A DNA stretch of 35,959 nucleotides from Octopus bimaculoides (taxonomy: Eukaryota), in assembly GCF_001194135.2 (NCBI RefSeq), contig NC_068983.1:47846668-47882626 (forward strand), in the 5' to 3' direction. Each line of letters opens with the position of its first letter. The first letter of the stretch is position 1. Shown here one piece after another: positions 33,368 through 35,959 of this stretch. The position numbers were made by a program, and so were the translations under genes. Under the pieces are notes generated by a model, which was not told the origin of the DNA, searched no databases, and saw nothing but the letters and a program-made list of their open reading frames with translations.

Positions 33368-33415
33368 TTATATATGCGACGGGCTTCTTTCAGTTTCCGT
33401 CTACCAAATCCTCTC
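33160..33415 (-). mobile_element. SINE family C fragment spanning a gap
   Basis: CGCCTTTAGTCGAACAAATCGATCCCAGGAC...GACGGGCTTCTTTCAGTTTCCGTCTACCAAATCC. Confidence 0.85.
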
Positions 33416-33900
33416 AGAAGTCTTCCTTCTTACTGCTTTGCCATAGTAACCAAGTTTGTGGAGATACCTGACAGCTGTTCTGGGACTAACATCAACTTGC
33501 TCTGCTATGTCAGAGGCCTTGCTACTAGGATTATCCTCCACACGTCTCTTAGCTGAGAGAAGGGTCCTGTTAGAGGGCCCTGGTTGATCTGAGCAAGGTG
33601 ATGTGAACTCCTAACGCTCTCTGGTGATATGCACAATCACTCTATTGACTGCAGAAAGCGGGATCCGAAGGTTTTCTGCGATTTTACGGTGACTATGTCC
33701 ACCTACAGAATGACCCACAATACGGCCTCTGTAATTCAGATAATTACAATTACAAGGCTTCTTTTGTACATAGCATGATTAAACAGTCACATGTAGAACC
33801 TGAAACATAAAAAAATCAATTAAGAAAAAATATAAACCTTTACAAGTTAGAATAAACATAAAACGCCGTTTTATGTGGTGTCTATTTACTTCGGTCATTT
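33412..33900 (-). mobile_element. Tc1-like transposon 5' fragment (disrupted transposase N-terminus)
   Basis: ATG at 33776, then ..[107 protein letters not shown], a paired-like HTH with stops and a frameshift. A TIR-like end abuts (TA)n at 33901. Confidence 0.85.
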
Positions 33901-33929
33901 TATATATATATATATATATAATGTAAAAT

Positions 33930-34005
33930 GTTGGCAGTGAATTCGAAGTTTCAGCCTGCCTGCCTTCTTTGGACTGCAGGACAAAACTTCGAAATCACTG
34001 CCAAC
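33930..34005. other. 76-nt near-perfect inverted repeat (hairpin)
   Basis: 33930-33959 versus the reverse complement of 33976-34005 match at 26/30, with the outer 22 bp at 21/22. The loop is 16 nt. Confidence 0.85.
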
Positions 34006-34434
34006 GCTATTCTTGTAAAAGAATAATAATATTTAGTCTACAAAAAGTAATGAAAAATTGTTTTTATTATAGCTCGACATAAAAGGATGCATATAAATAT
34101 TTTAGTGAGACGTGTAGTTAAGCTTTCAGTGAATAAAATTTCTAACCTGCAAACCATTTACCTTTAAAGTTACAAAGAAAAAAAATGTCTGTCACACACC
34201 TTCATGTCATTCTATAAATTTTTAATCTTGAGCTCGGGTCAGAAACCACTTATTCGTGTATCATTTTGTTTTTACTTGCGAGGTTTTGTGAATTCCTTTT
34301 TGACATTTTACAATTTCTCGTGAATGGAAACTTAACATTTTGAATGAAATATCTCACATTTTCGATTCAAAGATACCGGCACTTTGTTTGACTAACAAAT
34401 CTATTTAGCGACATATGTTCTCTTGCTCTGTCAG

Positions 34435-34482
34435 CCTGTTTGGGAAGGACGACCTGTATTCAGTCAACAAGACTTTCCTTCG
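34435..34482 (+). CDS. Candidate internal exon (unverified)
   Basis: TGACTAAC branch-like motif, gttctcttgctctgtcAG acceptor, 48 nt, TCG/GTAAAT donor. Frame 0 reads PVWEGRPVFSQQDFPS. Confidence 0.35.
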
Positions 34483-34702
34483 GTAAATATATACGTCTAT
34501 TTACTTAACCTTCCTGAAGATAAAAATGTTGCTATTAAGTCATCGGTTTTTTAAGTAGATTCAATATTAATTAGATATGTTTATTTATTAGCAACGTAGC
34601 AATTTTGAATTTATTTTCTAATCCTTTTCATTTCTTGATCTCCGTTGATAATTGTTGGGTTGAGTTTTAATGATATAATACTGTCTTCTGACATCTGTTC
34701 AG

Positions 34703-34758
34703 GTTTCTGCATTTGTAAAGGAATGCTATAGTCGACCGAGCCAACCGATCTCGAGGAT
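34703..34758 (+). CDS. Candidate internal exon (unverified)
   Basis: ctgtcttctgacatctgttcAG acceptor and GAT/GTAAGT donor. Only phase 0 is open (VSAFVKECYSRPSQPISR), which is compatible with the previous exon. Confidence 0.35.
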
Positions 34759-34765
34759 GTAAGTA

Positions 34766-35705
34766 AATAATCCTTTCTACGATAGGCACAAGGCCTGAAA
34801 TTATTTATGGGAAGGTGGGGACTAGTCGATCACATCGAACCCTGTGTATCACTGTTACTTATTTCATCGATCCCCGAAAGGATGAAAGGCAAAGTTGACC
34901 GCAGCAGAATTTGAACTTAGGATGTAGTGTCGGGCGAAATACCGCTAAGTATTTCCTCCAGCTTGCTAACGTTTTTTATTTCTTTATTGCCCACAAGGGG
35001 CTACACAGAGGGGACAAACAAGGACAAACAAAGAGATTAAGTCGATCATATCGACCGCAGTACGCAACTGGTACTCAATCTATCGACCCCAAAAGGATGA
35101 AACCAACACAGACCCCGGCGGAATTTGAACTCAGGACGTAAAGACAGACGAAATACCACTAAGCATTCCACCCGGTTTGCTAACGTTTCTGTCAGCTCGC
35201 CGCCATAGAACGAGATCAAATACTGCAAAGTAATCTATCGAGTTCTAACGCCTGCCAATCCAACGACATAATATTTCTTTCTATTGTAGGCCTAAGGGCC
35301 TGACATTTTCCGGGATGAGCTAGTCAATTGTACCGACCCCAGTGCCCAAATAATATTACTTTTCAACTCCGAAAGGATGAAAAGCAGACTCGCCATTGGT
35401 GGAATTTTACACTAGACCTAATGACGGAAGAAATGCCGCTAAGCACTTTGTCCACTGTGCTAACAATTCTTCCAGCTCACTCGCTCTTTAAAATTCTCTC
35501 TAATTTTGGCACAAGGTCAGTAATTTTGAATGGAAGAGAAGTGTATTACGTTGATCTCAGTACTTGTTAGGTACTTATTTTATCGTTCCTCAAAAGATGA
35601 AAGACAAAGTTGACGTTGCTGGTATTAGGATTCACAGCGTAAATAGATGGAAGAAATTCTGTGAGATATTTTGTACGGTGTGATATCGATTCTGCTATCT
35701 CACAG
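34766..35705 (-). mobile_element. Four tandem SINE family B copies (about 34766-34971, 34972-35204, 35268-35490, 35495-35705)
   Basis: The reverse-complement core recurs four times. The second copy has a different 3' tail. Confidence 0.85.
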
Positions 35706-35759
35706 CGTTAACTGATAATAATTGCAATAATTTACTAAATTGAGAGTCTCATTCAGAAA

Positions 35760-35893
35760 CTCAGTTGGCAGCCTTGGATCTGCTGACCGTTAGGGATCCA
35801 CAAAAGTCCTGGGGTCGATTTGCTCGACTAAAGGCGGGGCCCCACCATAGCCATAGTCAAATGACTGACACAAGTAAGAAAGTAAAAGAATAA
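35760..35893 (+). mobile_element. SINE family C 3' end
   Basis: GTCCTGGGGTCGATTTGCTCGACTAAAGGCGG...GTCAAATGACTGA...AAGTAAAAGAATAAA. Confidence 0.85.
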
Positions 35894-35896
35894 ATA

Positions 35897-35900
<4 letters not shown>

Positions 35901-35934
<34 letters not shown>

Positions 35935-35959
35935 TGTATATATATATATATATATATAT
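35901..35959. repeat. (AT)n microsatellite
   Basis: Direct read. Confidence 0.95.

Overview
This is eukaryotic, AT-rich, repeat-saturated DNA from a draft assembly. There are 8 N-gaps: 630-1077, 3742-3874, 4660-5396, 15647-16286, 18527-18942, 26080-26089, 32014-32476 and 33281-33327. The tRNA-headed SINE families and extreme microsatellite density look like a coleoid cephalopod, most likely Octopus (inference, not searched). I recognise no intact protein-coding gene, rRNA, tRNA or CRISPR array, and nearly all long ORFs in the track are microsatellite or N-gap artefacts. Well-supported content: about 40 copies or fragments of four SINE families (labelled A-D here, several with target-site duplications, TSDs); a 5'-truncated R4/Dong-like non-LTR fragment inserted in a (TAA)n SINE tail; a Penelope-like 3' fragment with the GIY-YIG C-terminus and a degenerate minimal hammerhead motif; two hAT-type MITEs; a deleted mariner; and a Tc1 5' fragment. 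Weaker content: a TATA/CCAAT/double E-box promoter candidate pointing out of the left edge, a 76-nt near-perfect hairpin carrying a miR-34-type seed, an unexplained 0.5-kb (TAA)n-tailed segment, and a few phase-compatible candidate + strand exons. Repeat boundaries were read by eye and are approximate (about +/-10 bp) unless TSD or TIR coordinates are given.
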